64,000 nt of DNA from Scyliorhinus canicula (Eukaryota). The notes under the pieces are model-generated. The model made no database searches. It had not been told where the DNA came from and saw only the letters and a list, made by a program, of their open reading frames with translations. The stretch is from NCBI RefSeq assembly GCF_902713615.1, contig NC_052175.1, positions 2,717,620 through 2,781,619 of the forward strand, read 5' to 3'. Below are positions 35,130 to 48,295 of the stretch, one piece after another (position 1 is the stretch's first letter; every line of letters starts with the position of its first letter). Made by a program: the position numbers and the translations under genes.

Positions 35130-37080
35130 TCAGATAGAGGAGAAAGTTCTGAGTATGACGTTGTTGAAAGTTGAGTCCTGAGGGCTGTAACATCCTAATT
35201 GGAGGATGAGATGTTGCTCCTCCTGCTTGCGTTGCACTGGATCCTTGCAGCCCGTCAAGGGCAGACTTGTTGGCATGAGAGCAAGGTGCAGAGTTAAAAT
35301 GGGCGCATTAGGAAGCCTGGGGTGATGCTTCTGGGCTGAGTGAAGGTGTTCCGCAAACAGTTCCCGCAGTCTGCGTTTAGTCTCCTCAATGTCGAGGATT
35401 ACAGCATTGGGAGCGGGGAATACAGTCGACTAATTTGAAAGAAACAGGAGTGAAACGCTGCTTCACCAGAAAGGAGAGTTTGCGGCCCAGGATCATGGGA
35501 CGGGAGGAGGTAAAATGGCAGTTGTTGCACCGTCTGCGATTGCACAGGAAGTTGTCGTGCGAAGGGGAAGTGGTGTTGTGTGTTATGGAGAAGTGGACAA
35601 GGGTGTCAAAGAATAAGCGGTACCTGAGGGTTCCAGAAAACGTGAGGTATTGTTGGAAAGAGGGGAAGAAAGAGAAGAATATTTTGAATGCGGAGGCCGG
35701 TGCTGTGGAAAGTAGGAATAGGCAACCCTATCATGTTTCCGGGAGGTGGGGGGGGGGGGGGGGGTTGAGCTTTGTGAGGGAAGACGTGCGAGAGGTTAAG
35801 TGAACACAGTTGAGAGCACTGCCAACCAAAAGCGAGGTGATGTGGGACTCGGTTAAGGTATAGGCATGCATGCCATAAGGGCCATTTTCCAACATGGCAT
35901 CAGAGGAACAGAGGCGATGGAGGCGTATAAAATTTATGAATGGAATTCATTACTTAGCGGAAGCAGAGTGTGAGGATCTGTACACGAAGTAGCTGAGGAA
36001 TCAGTGAGCATGTAATGAATTTATATGGTCAGTCTATCGCTGGAAATGGCGACATATAGGTGAAAGAATGGAAGTGTGGCGAGAGACACTGTAAAGGTGG
36101 GAGAAAGGTGGAAACTGGAAGCAAATTAATTCAGGTTTCAGTTCCAGACAGAAAAATGAAGTGTCACCAATACAGTCAACATTGAAACATAATCTGAGTT
36201 GAGAAGGGAGGGGGGTGAATGGAGAAGAACATGAACAAAGAGTGCTCGACATAAACCCCAGAAAGGTAGATATAGCCGTGCCCAAGAGTGCACCACGACC
36301 ATAAATTTTATCTACTGGAAGTCAGACAAGTTTAAGGAGCAATTATTGAGTGACTGAACAATTTCAGAAATGCAGAGAAAGTCGCGGAATGTCCGGGCCT
36401 CCGATCAAGGAAGAAGCTGGGAGCTTTCAAACCCTCCTGTTCGGGAACGGAGGTGTCGAGGGATTGGACAACCTCTGAAAAGATTACGCCGTTAGGGTCA
36501 GGGAAATGGACGTTGTTTGCATGACATACGGCACCAGTCGAATCCGGAATGTCGGTGGGAGGGGGCGGTACCGAAAGACAGATAGGATGGCATCAAGATA
36601 GGTAGAATTAGTTTGGTGGGACTGGAAGATGCTGAACTAATGGGGCTTCTCGGACAGTCGTCTTTTGTGGATTTTAGGAACGAGGTAGGAGCGGAAGGAT
36701 CATGCAGGATGTGGGGTGTTGCGGGGCAATGACGCCAAAGGCGGGGGACGGAAGACCTCCAGAAGCGATGAGGTCAGCAAAAGTCCTGGAAACAGTATCA
36801 TGAGGTTTGGTGATGGGGTCCTGGTCTAGGGGGAAGTAGTAGAATGTGCCTGAGAGTTGGTGCTCAGCCTCTGTGAGGAAGAGGTCAGTACGCCAGAAAA
36901 TAATGGTACCATCATTGTGAGCAGCTTAAATCAACAGGTCAGGGTTGGACATTAGAGAGAGGACTGGAGCAGGTTCTGGGGGAGACAGTAGAGAGTGCGT
37001 AGGAGGGGCAGAGAAATTGAGAAGGTCGATGTGGCAATGACAGATCTCAATGAAGCGATAAAGAGCAGATAGGAAGCAAG
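35130..37080 (-). mobile_element. Heavily degraded Penelope-like RT region
   Basis: Minus-strand remnants YVEHSLF and FNVDCIG resemble the PLE RT motifs GPSYACLFVGYVEHSL and YIDDCIG; many frameshifts; ends approximate. Confidence 0.5.
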
Positions 37081-37356
37081 AGTGTGGGGTCCAGGTTGAG
37101 GGAGATTACTGGCGGCGGATGTATTTCAACCACAAAAATTCATAAAATAGTCAGTTTTAAACAGCAGAGACAATGTTTTCTATTTTCTAATCACCATCAG
37201 AATAATATTAAAGAATTGAAAGGCAGCAGACGGCTTCGGTTATTCTTGAATTTAAAGCAGAAAATAAAACAATTCCAGAAAAACTCTCCCAGTCACGTCA
37301 ATAATAGGAAAAAGTGAATTTAAATGATGAGGTAAAATGTCATAACACAGAGCACT

Positions 37357-37714
37357 ATAGAACATAGAACATAGAACAGTACAGCACAGAACAGGCCCTT
37401 CGGCCCTCGATGTTGTGCCGAGCCATGGTCACCCTACTCAAACCCACGTATCCACCCTATACCCGTAACCCAATAACCCCCACCCCCCCCCCTTAACCTT
37501 ACTCCTTAGGACACTACGGGCAATTTAGCATGGCCAATCCACCTAACCCGCGCATCTTTGGACTGTGGAAGGAAACCGGAGCACCCGGAGGAAACCCACG
37601 CACACACGGGGAGGACGTGCAGACTCCGCACAGACAGTGACCCAGCCGGGAATCGAACCTGGGACCCTGGAGCTGTGAAGCATTTATGCTAACCACCATG
37701 CTACCGTGCTGCCC
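37357..37714 (-). mobile_element. HE1-type tRNA-derived SINE in the GPCR intron
   Basis: Reverse complement of the 30933 copy; (GTTCTAT)n tail. Confidence 0.85.
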
Positions 37715-38609
37715 GCACATGGTCAGCACATGTTCCAAAGTCAACATCATTCCTAACAGGTTTAATTGAATTGGTTCAATAACTATCGGAAATTCAAGAT
37801 TTGATGAGTTTGATAGATGTTAAACAATTTGATTGTCTGAAGGCCTTTAATAAGATCCGACATAACAGACTCTTGAGTAATATCGGGGCCAGTGAGTTCG
37901 GGGACAAAGCAGCAGAATGGACAGCAAGCTGGAGACAAACACAGAAAACACAGATGAGGAGTTAAAGGGCTTTGTTCTGATTGATGTAAGGTGGGAAGTG
38001 ATGTTCCACAAGGATTAGCATTGGGATCACTCTTCTTCACCATTGAGATCAATAGTATGGAATTGGAAGCAGAATATTAATTAAAGAATTAAGAGAAAAA
38101 ACTAAATTGAGAGTGACAGTGAATACATTGGAAGAATACAAATAAATACAGTAACACATTTATAATCATTTCTAAACTGTCAAAGTGGGAATTTCAATGG
38201 AAAATTAATTTCCCGACAACTCAGTGACCGCTGGTGCATTTTTGTCAGAACAATAAATTTCCCAATCACTCTTTGGAAAACCAGCCTCTGAATGGACTGG
38301 AGGGGTTTCTGGGTTCAGGTGAAAAGATTCAGAAATCTTTTGAAGCAGCAGCACTGTTTAAAAACACTCTTACAAATTGAATAAACATTAGAGGTAATTT
38401 CAGGATGAACGGAAATGAGAAAAATATCACAGAAAATATCAGAATATTGGACTGCTGTGGGTTTTAAATATCAGAGTGTGGGTGATATCTGTTTAGGTTG
38501 GAGCAGTTCAATAGAAAACAGAGATATTGAGCTATTTGACTTCACACAATAAATAACAAGCATCTTTACAACAGAGCCAAACTCTTCCTGTTTTTCCAAA
38601 TGTAAAACA

Positions 38610-38840
38610 GAGATACAGACAGAGCCAGTGAGAGAATGACAAATAAATAGATAGAGAGAGAGAGGGACGGAGAGAAAGTGAGAGAGAGAGAGACAGAGAG
38701 AAAGTGAGAGAGAGAGAGAGACAGACAGACAGATACAAATACGGAGACTGAGGGTGGGAGAGAGAGAGACTCAGAGAGAGAGAGAGAGACTGAGACTGAG
38801 AGAAAGAGAGAGAGACGGAGAGAGGGAGAGATAGAGATCC
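38610..38840. repeat. (GA)n/(GACA)n simple repeat
   Basis: Visible directly. Confidence 0.85.
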
Positions 38841-39316
38841 ATATGATGGTGCGACCAGCACCAATACACTACATTACTTCAAAATAGAACCAATTTAGTT
38901 CAGTCAGTTATTGACCACATTCAGTTCAATTCTACGCTGACAAATACCGCCAGTAATACTTGTTTACCACCATTAGATATTCTACTCTGGTTATTGATCC
39001 ATACTGATCTTTCCTTCAGCGAGATTGACACTCACCCTTCCTTTAGAGAGATTGCCTTCATTGAGAACCAATCTGACATTACACAAGATTCCAGAAAATG
39101 GAACAACTTCATTCATCCGAGATCCCGTGAGTTACAAACAGAGGTTTATCTTCAGTTGCTGAAACTGATTCAGACCATAGACATGTTTAAAGGCATTTAA
39201 TTTCAGTGAATTATATCATTGATCACGAGGTCAACATTAAATATTTTCAATCAGTTTAAAATCAGAGAGCCGCTCACACACAGATTTACATGACTTTAAT
39301 AGTGATTGTCACTTAC

Positions 39317-39383
39317 CAGGAACACCAACAATGGCAACGATTGGGTAGAATATCTTCTCAGCAATCCTAACTGAACGAAGCAT
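39317..39383 (-). CDS. GPR139/GPR142-like GPCR, exon 1
   Basis: MLRSVRIAEKIFYPIVAIVGVP, then phase-1 donor G|GTAAGT; first ATG after an in-frame TAA; joins exon 2 as GVPANLL; 963 nt total = 320 aa. Confidence 0.85.
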
Positions 39384-39599
39384 TTTAAGTGTGATGTGAT
39401 ATGTCCCGATGCTGCGAACAGTCTCGCTGCCTTAGGCTCTGAGGTTATATTCTCCTGAAACTCGTAATTTATACCCTGTGGAACCACCTCAGGGATATTT
39501 ATGATGCAACATCGTTTAACTTAACTTCTAAACATATGAACAAACATATTACGACGTTAGCTTCAGTGAAAGAAAACATATTTTGAAACAGTGTATTAT

Positions 39600-40560
39600 T
39601 TCCAAACACTGGCGTGTGAGAGAAGGAGAGTGTGTGTGAGGAGGAGCGAGTGTAAAAGGCGGGGGAGTGTGAGAAAGGGAAAGATTGTAGGAGAGTGAGA
39701 GAGTGTGAGGGGGGGGATCAGTGTGATTGAAGAAAAAATGTGAGAAAGGAAGAAAGAAAGGGAGAGGCAGAGGGTGAGGGAGGAAGGTCGTGTAAGAAAG
39801 GAAAGGATTGTGAGAAAGGGAGAGATTGTGAGAAAGGAAGGGAATGTGAGAGAGGATGAGAGCGGAAGGGTGTTTGAGAAGAAGGGAATATGAGAGAAAT
39901 GATTGCGAAGGTGGAGAGAGTGTGAGAGGTGGAGGGGTATGAGAGCTGGAGTTCGTGTGAGAGCTGGAGACTGTTTGAGAGAAAGGGTGAGGAGTGGAGG
40001 AAAGGGAGAGGCGGACAGTTCGAGAGAGGGACTAAGAGAGCTGGAAAGAAGGAGAGACTGCGAGAGGTGGAGAGAGAGTGTGAGACAGTGTTTTGAGAGA
40101 GCGTGTGATTGTCAGAGGGAGAGATAATTAGGGAGGGGGAGTGTTTTAGAGAGGGAGGAAGTGTGTTGAAGGAGAACTTGTGGGCGAGGAACAAAGAGGA
40201 AGGGGACGTGAGAGAGGGAGGTAGTATGAGAGGGTGAGGGAGCGTGAGAGGGAGTGAGTGTGAGAGTGGGAATAAGTGTGGGAGAATGTGGGTGTGAGAG
40301 TATGAGCATGTGAGAGAGGGAGGGAGTGTAAGAGAGGAAGAGATTAGTAGAGATGGCGGGAGTGTGAGGGAGGGTGAGTATGAGTGAGTGATGTGTGGGA
40401 AAAGGAGGGATTGTGAGAAAGGGAGTGAGTGAGAGGATAGGTGTGAGAGAGGAAAGGAGCATCAGAGGTGGAGAGAGTATGAGCCAGGGGGAGAATGTGC
40501 AAGAGGGTGGGTGTGAAAAACGAAGGGACTCTGGGAGAGGGAGTGTGTTCGAGACCGGGA
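39600..40560. repeat. Purine-rich GA/GT low-complexity block (copy 1)
   Basis: Almost C-free + strand; colinear with 45625-46700. Confidence 0.8.
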
Positions 40561-40574
40561 CCATGGGGACAAAC

Positions 40575-41520
40575 CAACATTAATATTTTTCAAGCCGCCC
40601 AGCACCTCGTCTTTTTGGATCTGTGTGACCCAGGCAATCTACACACCCTTCTCGAGACTCAACATCCACCAATTCCTTCTCGTTGGTGAATACTGATGTA
40701 AAGAATTCATTTAGAACCTCACCCATTCCCTCTGGCTCCACACGTAGATTCCCTCGCCTGTCCTTCTGTGGGCCAGCCTTTTACCTGGCTGCCCTCTTGC
40801 TTTTTATGTACGAGTAAAAAGCCTTGCGATTTTCCTTAACCCTATTTGCCAATTACATTTTGTGACCCCTTTTACCGCACCTGACTGCTTGCTTAAGTTA
40901 CTTCCTGCTTTCCTGAAAGTCCACACAGGCTTCGTCTGTTCTCAGCCTTCTAGTCCTGACAAATCCCTCTCTTTTCTTTTTGACGACGCCTACAATATCT
41001 GTCGTTATCCAAGGTTCCCGAACTTTGCCGTATTTATCCTTCTTCTGCACAGAAACATCCCGTTCCTGAATTTCTTTCAACTGTCATTTGAAAGCCTCCC
41101 ACATGTCAGATGTTGATTTACCCTCAAACACCCGTGCCCCCCCCCCCCCCCCTACCAATCTAGGTTATTCAGTTCCTGCCTAATGTTGTTATAATTCGAC
41201 TTCCCTCAATTTAGCACATTCACGCTAGGACCACTCTTATCCTTGTCCACTAGCACATTACAACTTAATCAATTGTGGTCACTGTTCCCGAAATGTTCCC
41301 CGACTGAAATACTACCACCTGGCCCGGCTCATTCTCCTTTTCCAGCTCCAGTATAGCCCGTTCCCTAGTTGAATATCTACATATTGTTAGAAGAAGCCCT
41401 CCTGGAGGCTCCTTACAAACTCTGCCCCATCCAAGCCCCTAGCACTAAGTGATTCCCAGTCAGTCATGGCAAGTTAAAGTCGCCCATCCCAACAACCCTG
41501 TTGCCTTTACTGGTCACGGA
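40575..41520 (-). mobile_element. Degenerate CR1 ORF2 fragment
   Basis: VREPWITTDIVGVVKKKRE and EHFGNSDHN-like segments. Confidence 0.7.
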
Positions 41521-41739
41521 GAGATAATCAGGGTTCTTTTTTATCTGAAGTCTAGTCTTTCTTTTATTTAGTTAATTAACGTAAAAGTTGCTGTTTGGTT
41601 TCGAAAAAGGTAAATTTTCAATCAGCTTTAAACAAAGGTTGTACATGTCGGTACTTGTAGCTGGAGGTTGTTAATTCGTTAATTTGATTAGGCCAGCTTT
41701 CAGAGTCTAGATTCACAGTATAAAGGTGAGCCTGATACA

Positions 41740-44700
41740 GTGCAGACTCCTTTAACACTGAGCGCTGAATTTGGGTGCAGTTCAGCGCTATAGTGAGAGT
41801 TTGGTGATTGAGGGAGTTAGGTCAGGAGGAAGGAAGGTGTTCATTCCATTTCATTTCCTACCTTTCCCCAAAGAGCCTGAAGGGAGCCGGGAAAGGACAG
41901 AGAGTGCAGCTGACAGGGAGCAGAGTAGGAGGGCAGTGTTCCAGTTGGTCCACAGTGCAGCTGTAATCTGTAAGATAAGAGGGGATGGACGGTAGGGCAG
42001 CTGCATTCTTCTGTCGGGTGTGGTGGTGAGGGATACCACCGGTGTCGCCGCTGATTATACCTGCGTGAAGTCTACCCAACTCCAGCTCCTCAGAGACCAT
42101 GTTATGGAACTGGAGATGGAGCTGGATGAGCCTCGCATCATCCAGGAGGCAGAAGGGGTAATAGACAAGAGTTACAGGGAGGTAACCACACCTATGTTAC
42201 AGGACAAGAGTAGCGGGGTAACCGTCAGTGGAAAGGAAACGGAATTGCAGACAGTGCAGGGATCCCTCGTGGCGATTCCCGTACCAGCCTCACCGGACAG
42301 GAGCCGGAATGTGGCGACTAGTTGCTTTTCTCAGTAGCTTCATTGAAGCCTACTCGTGACAATAAACGATTTTCATTTCATTTCATTTCCCTTCAAAACA
42401 AGTATACCGTTTTGGGTGCTCTTGGGGCGAATGACTTATGGGGGAAGGATATGCGGCCAGGTCTCTCGGACTGACTGGCTCTGGAGCTCAGAATGGAAGG
42501 GCGAGAATTGAAAAGCAATAGTGATAGGAGACTCAATGGTTCGGGGAATATGAGATTCAATGGTCGCGAGCGAGACTGCCGGAAAGTATAATGGCTCGCG
42601 GGTGCCATGGTTAGGGATATCTCAGGTCGTGTCTTCAGGATCCTTAGGGGGGGGTGCAGGCAGAAGTTGTGATGTACATTGGTGTCAACGACGTCGGTAG
42701 GGAAAGGGGTGTGGATGTAATAAATGAGTTTAGGGAGTTAAGCTGGAAGTTAAAAGCCAGGACAGGCTGAGTTGTCATCTCTGATTTGTTGCTGGTGCCA
42801 CGTGATACCGACGCTTGGAATTGGGAGAGAATTAAGTTGAACACGTGGTTGTAGGAATGGTATCGGAGGGAGGGCTGCAGGTATTTGCATAATTGGAGCG
42901 CATTCTGGGGAAGGTTGGACCTGTACAAGCAGGACGGGTTGCATCCGAACCAGACGGCACCAATATCCTGGGAGGGAGGTTTTCTGGTACTCTTCTGGAG
43001 GGTTTAAACTAATTTCGCAGGGGACTGGGAACCGGATTTGTAGTTCAGCAACAAAGGCAGCCGATGTTAAGAACGTGAAAACGTACAGCGAGGCAGTGTG
43101 GGAGACAAAGTAGAGTTCTTGCAGGCACGGCGATGGGTTGAAGTGTGTGGACTATAACGCAAGAAGCATCAGGAACAAGGTGGGTGAACTTAAGTCATGG
43201 ATTGGTACTTGGGACTACGATGTAGTGGCCATCACGGAAACTTGGATAGAAGAGGGGCAGAAATCTTTGTTGGAGGTTCCTGGTTATTGATGTTTTAATA
43301 AGATAAGGGAGGATGATAAAATAGGTGGACGGGTTGCATTGTTAATTACAGATAGTATAACAGCTGCATAAAGGCACTTCAAAGAGGATCTACATACTGA
43401 GGTAGTATGGGTTGAAGTCAGAAATAGGAAAGGAGCAGTCACCTTGTTGGGACTTTTCTCTAGCCCCCGCCCCCCAATAGCAGCAGAGATGTGCAGGAAC
43501 AGCTTGGTAAACAGGTTTGGAAAGGTGCAGAAGGCACTGGGTAGTAGTCATGGGTGACTTCAACTTCCCAAAAATTAAGTGGAAACTCTTTAGATCAAAT
43601 AGATTGGATGGGGTGGTGTTTGTGCAGATGTGTTAGTGGGGAACATTTTAGAGATAGTGACCACAATTCTGTGACCTTCACTTTTGAAATGGAGAGGGAT
43701 AGGTGCATGCAACAGGGCAAGGTTTTAAATTGGGGGAAGGGTAAATACAATGCTGTCAGACAAGAACGGAAGTGCATACGTTGGGAACATAGGCTGTCAG
43801 GGAAGGACACGATTGAAAAGTGTAACTTGTTCAAGGAACATATATTACGTGTCCGTGATATGTATGTCCCTGTCAGGAAGGGAAGAGATGGTCCAGTGAG
43901 GGAATCATGGTTGACAAAAGAGGTTGAATGTCTTGTTAAGAGGAAGAAGGAGACTTCCTCTGGGATTCAAGATAGCCAGGAGGGAACTGAAGAAAGGGAG
44001 CCGGAGAGCTAAGACAGGGCACGTTTGTTTTTTGGCGGTTAGGATCAAGGAACTCCCCAAGGCCTTTTACACAGATGTGAGAAATATGAGAATAACTAGA
44101 GATAGGGTACGTCCGATCAATGATAGTCGTGGGAGATTGTGTATTGTGTCTGAAGAGATAGGATAGGTCTTGAACGAGTACTTTTCTTCAGTATTTACGA
44201 ATGAGAGGGTCATATTGTTGGAGAGGACAGTGTGAAGCAGACTGGTAAGCTCGAGGAGATACGTGTTAGGAAGGAACAAATGTTGGGCATTTTGAAAAGA
44301 TTATGGATAGACAAGTCCCCGGGGCCTGACGGGATATATCCAACGATTCTATGGGAAGCACGAGATGAAATTGCAGAGCCGTTGGCAATGATCGTTTCGT
44401 TCTCACTGACAACAGGGGTGGTCCCAGAGGATTGGAGTGTGGCGAATGGCGTGCCCATTTTCAAGAAAGGGAATATGGATAACGTTGGGAATTACAGGCC
44501 AGTTAGTCTTACTTTGGTGGTAGGCAAAGTCATGGAAAGGGTTCTGAGGGTTAGGATTTCTGAGCATCTGGAAAGACACTGCTTGATTATGGATCGTCAG
44601 CACCGATTTGTGAGGGGTAGGTCTTGCCTCAGAAGTCTTATTGAATTATTTGAGGAAGTGACCAAGCATGTGGATGAAGGTAAAGCAGTTGATGTAGTGT

Positions 44701-45620
44701 ACATGGATTTTAGTAAGGCATTTGATAAGGTTCTCCATGGCAGGCTTATGCAGAAAATAAGGAGGCATGGGATAGTGGGACATTTGGCCTGTTGGATAAC
44801 AAACTGGTTAACCGTTAGACGTCAGAAAATGATGGTGGATGTCAAGTATTCAGCCTGGAGCCCAGTTACTAGTGGCGTGCCGCACGAATCAGTTCTGGAT
44901 CCTCTGCTGTTTGTGATTTTCACTAATGACTTTGATGAGGTAGTTGAAGGGTGAGTAAGTAAATTTGCAGATAATACGAAGATTAGTGGACTTGTGGATC
45001 GGAACGAGGGCTTTTGTCGGCTGCAAAGAGACATAGATAGAATACGGAGCTGGCCTGAGAAGTGGCAGATGGAGTTTAACCCTGAAAAGTTAGAGGTTAT
45101 TCATTTTGGAAGGACAAATATGAATGCGGAATACAGGGTTAACGGTAGGGTTCTTGGCAATGTGTAAGAGCAGAGAGATCTTATGGTCTATGTTCATTGA
45201 TCTTTAAAAGTTCCCACTCAAGTGGAGAGAGCTGTGAGGAAGGCCTGTGGTGTGCTAGCGTTCATTAGCAGAGGGGTTGAATTTAAGAGCCGCACAGTGA
45301 TGATGCAGCTGTAAACAAGCTTGGTAAGGCCACATTTGGAATACTGTGTGCAGTTCTGGTCGCCTCATTTTAGTAAGGATGTAGAAACTTTGGAAAAGGT
45401 GCAAATGAGATTTAACAGGATGTTGCCTGGAATTGAGAGTATATCTTACCACGAAAGATTGAGGGTGCTAGGTCTTTTCTCATTCGAACGGAGAAGGATG
45501 AGGGGCGGCTTGATAGAGGTTTATAAGATGATCAGGACAATCGATAGAGTCCACAGTCCCCGGGAGGAACAAACCTTTGCAAGGTGACTTAAATTTAATG
45601 TGAATGGTGGAAGATATACC
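41740..45620 (+). mobile_element. Degenerate CR1 (paralogue of 22570-25560)
   Basis: Same ORF1 SINE insertion and the same PHESV and ANGVP substitutions as the 22570 copy. Confidence 0.85.
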
Positions 45621-45624
45621 GAGG

Positions 45625-46980
45625 GGGGAGGGTAAAAGGGGGGGGGGAAGTGTGAGAAAGGGAGAGATTGTAGGATGGTGAGAGAATGTGAGACGGGGAT
45701 GAGTGTGTTTCAAGGAGAAAGTGTGAGAAAATAAGAAACGAAGGGTGAGGCAGAATGTGAGGGAGGAAGGGAGAGGAAGAAAGGAAAGGATTGTGAGAAA
45801 GGGAGAGATTGTGAGAAAGGAAGGGAATGTGAGAGAGGATGAGAGCGGAAGGGTGTGTGCTAAGAAGGGAATATGAGAGAAATGATTGCGAAGGTGGAGA
45901 GAGTGTGTGAGGTGAAGGGGTGTGAGAGGTGGAGTTAGTGTGAGAGCTGGAGACTGTTTGAGAGAAAGGGTGAGGAGTGGAGGAAAGGGAGAGGCGGACA
46001 GTTCGAGAGAGGGACTAAGAGAGCTGGAAAGAGGGAGAGACTGCGAGAGGTGGAGACAGTGTGTGAGGCAGTGTTTTGAGAGAGCGGGTGATTGTCAGAG
46101 GGAGATATCATGAGAGAGAGAGAAAGTTTTAGAGAGGAAGGAAGTGTGTTGAAGGAGAACGTGTGAGCGAGGAACAAAGAGGAAGGGGACGTGAGAGAGG
46201 GAGGTAGTATGAGAGGGTGAGGGAGCGTGAGAGGGAGGGAATGTGAGAGTGGGAATAAGTGTGGGAGAATGTGGGTGTGAGAGTAAGAGAATGTGAGAGA
46301 GGGAGTGAGAGTAAGAGAGGAATAGAGTAGTAGAGATGGCGGGAATGCGAGGGAGGGTGAGTATGGGTGAGGGATAAGTGTGGGAAAGGGAGGGATTGTG
46401 AGAGTGGGAATAAGTGTGGGAGAATGTGGGTGTGAGAGTAAGAGAATGTGAGAGAGGGAGGGAGAGTAAGAGAGGAATAGAGTAGTAGAGATGGCGGGAA
46501 TGCGAGGGAGGGTGAGTATGGGTGAGTGATAAGTGTGGGAAAGGGAGGGATTGTGAGAAAGGGAGTGAATGAGAGGATAGGCGTGAGAGAGGAAAGGAGC
46601 ATCAGAGGTGGAGAGAGTGTGAGCGAAGGCGAGAATGTGCAAAAGAGTGGGTGTGAAAAACGGAGGGACTCTGGGCGAGGGAATGTGTGAGAGAATGCGA
46701 GAGAGTGAATGTGAAATAGGTGATGTTTGGAAGTGAGAATGTATGTGAGAACGTGTGTGAGGGAGTGTGTGATTGTTTGTGACATTGTGTATGACTGATA
46801 GAATGTGTGAGAGAATATGTGTCTGAGAGTGTGTATCAGTATGTATGTATGAGACAGTAAACATCTGAGTGTGTGTGAGAGAGTGTGTGAGAGACAGTGT
46901 GTGTGAGGGAGTGTAAGTGAGAGAGTGTGTGTGAGGGGCATTTATGAGAGTGTGTGAGAGTGTGAGTGAGTGAGAGTGTG
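45625..46980. repeat. Purine-rich GA/GT low-complexity block (copy 2, with internal duplication)
   Basis: Colinear with 39600-40560; internal repeat near 46240-46500. Confidence 0.8.
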
Positions 46981-48095
46981 TTGTCTTAACTTCCTCCACT
47001 GAATGCTGCACTTTCAACCCATGTTTATACTTTCCAGTGACCTTCCGTGCTCTACTAATAACAGTTGCATTCTTCCATTGACTAGACCCTTCAGGCAAGT
47101 ATGGCACTTTTGTACCAACCCTTGGCAGTTGCCCTTTCGGAAAATGGCCTGATCTAATTTATCAGAAGAGCCGTTTTACAGAAACCCTGTCTATATCAGT
47201 TAACTGGTCCTCATAGTTCTGTAACACATGCGTACCAGATGACTCTGGTTCCTTGTCATGTCCCTCTGCTCTGTCTAAATTTGTAAATTTGTAATCGGTA
47301 CCCATTGTCCTTGATGAATGTTCCCTAACAGTTTGATTACCATGTTGCAAAATAAATGTTTTGCCATTTATGCCTATAATCTTCCCTGGGCCTTTCCATT
47401 CATTAGAATTGTCTCTCTTATAGTATACCATGTCTCCTTGATGAAAAACGGCATCTGATGGCCGTACATTATGTCTTAAAGCTCTGCGAATTCTTTCAGA
47501 GACTTCTGCTTCCAAAAAAGCTTTTCTACTGCTATGTAACGCGTTTAAATGTTCAGCAAAACCTGAACTAATTGTAGTCCCTTCACAAGCTGGAGGCAGG
47601 TCATCCAAAATGGAGGGAATTTTTGGATTTCTACCAAACACTGATTGATAAGGGCTATAGCCTCCAACCATCTGCAATGAATTATTTGCATGTACCGCCC
47701 ATGCTAAAGCTGAATTTAGCGTGCAGTTTGGTCGATATCCCAAAATTTTACGAAGCATGTCATCGATCACAGAATGATTTATTTCGCAGACACCATTACT
47801 AAATGGGCTTTCTGCAGACGTGTTCATAACTCTGATATCCATGTTTTCACACATATCCCTAAACTCATCATTAGCAAATTCTCCCCCATTGTCCGTGAAA
47901 AATTTTGCTGGTAGACCAATTCTTGTCCCGGTCCATTTTTCCACAATTTTATCCGAAATTACCCTTTTTTCTTTATTTTGTACAATCGTCGATTGACTGA
48001 ATCTGGTTGCTAAATCTGCAAAATGCAAAATAAATATATTATTTGCTTTATCCCAGATCTTAAGGTCCATGGCCACAATGTCATTAAAATCCTTG

Positions 48096-48295
48096 TAAGA
48101 AGTCTTACAACACCAGGTTAAAGTCCAACAGGTTTGATTCAAACACGAGCTTTCGGAGCGCAGCTCCTTCCTCATTTACCTGAGGAAGGAGCTGCGCTCC
48201 GAAAGCTCGTGTTTGAATCAAACCTGTTGGACTTTAACCTGGTGTTGTAAGACTTCTTACTGTGCTCACCCCAGTCCAACGCCGGCATCTCCACA
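48096..48295 (+). mobile_element. Penelope-like terminal fragment with 5' inversion, inserted in the copia integrase with a 15-bp TSD
   Basis: TSD TCATTAAAATCCTTG at 48081-48095 and 48296-48310; sequence matches the PLE 3' terminus at 33226-33345; 80-bp inverted arms at 48095-48174 and 48181-48260. Confidence 0.85.
48177..48211 (+). ncRNA. Minimal type I hammerhead ribozyme motif (PLE-associated, palindromic stem III)
   Basis: TAC-CTGAGGA-A-GGAGC-TGC-GCTCC-GAAA-GCTC-GTG; intact CUGANGA and GAAA cores with one extra A; 5-bp stem II; predicted cleavage after C48208. Confidence 0.65.

Noticed and set aside
858-37714. tRNA-like box A/box B sequences as tRNA genes
   Set aside because: Each continues into the shared SINE body and LINE-like tail; no full cloverleaf seen
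45935-47107. 390-aa and 270-aa His/Ser/Leu/Thr-rich ORFs
   Set aside because: Stop-poor readings of the pyrimidine strand of a low-complexity tract; only the first ~40 aa belong to the copia remnant
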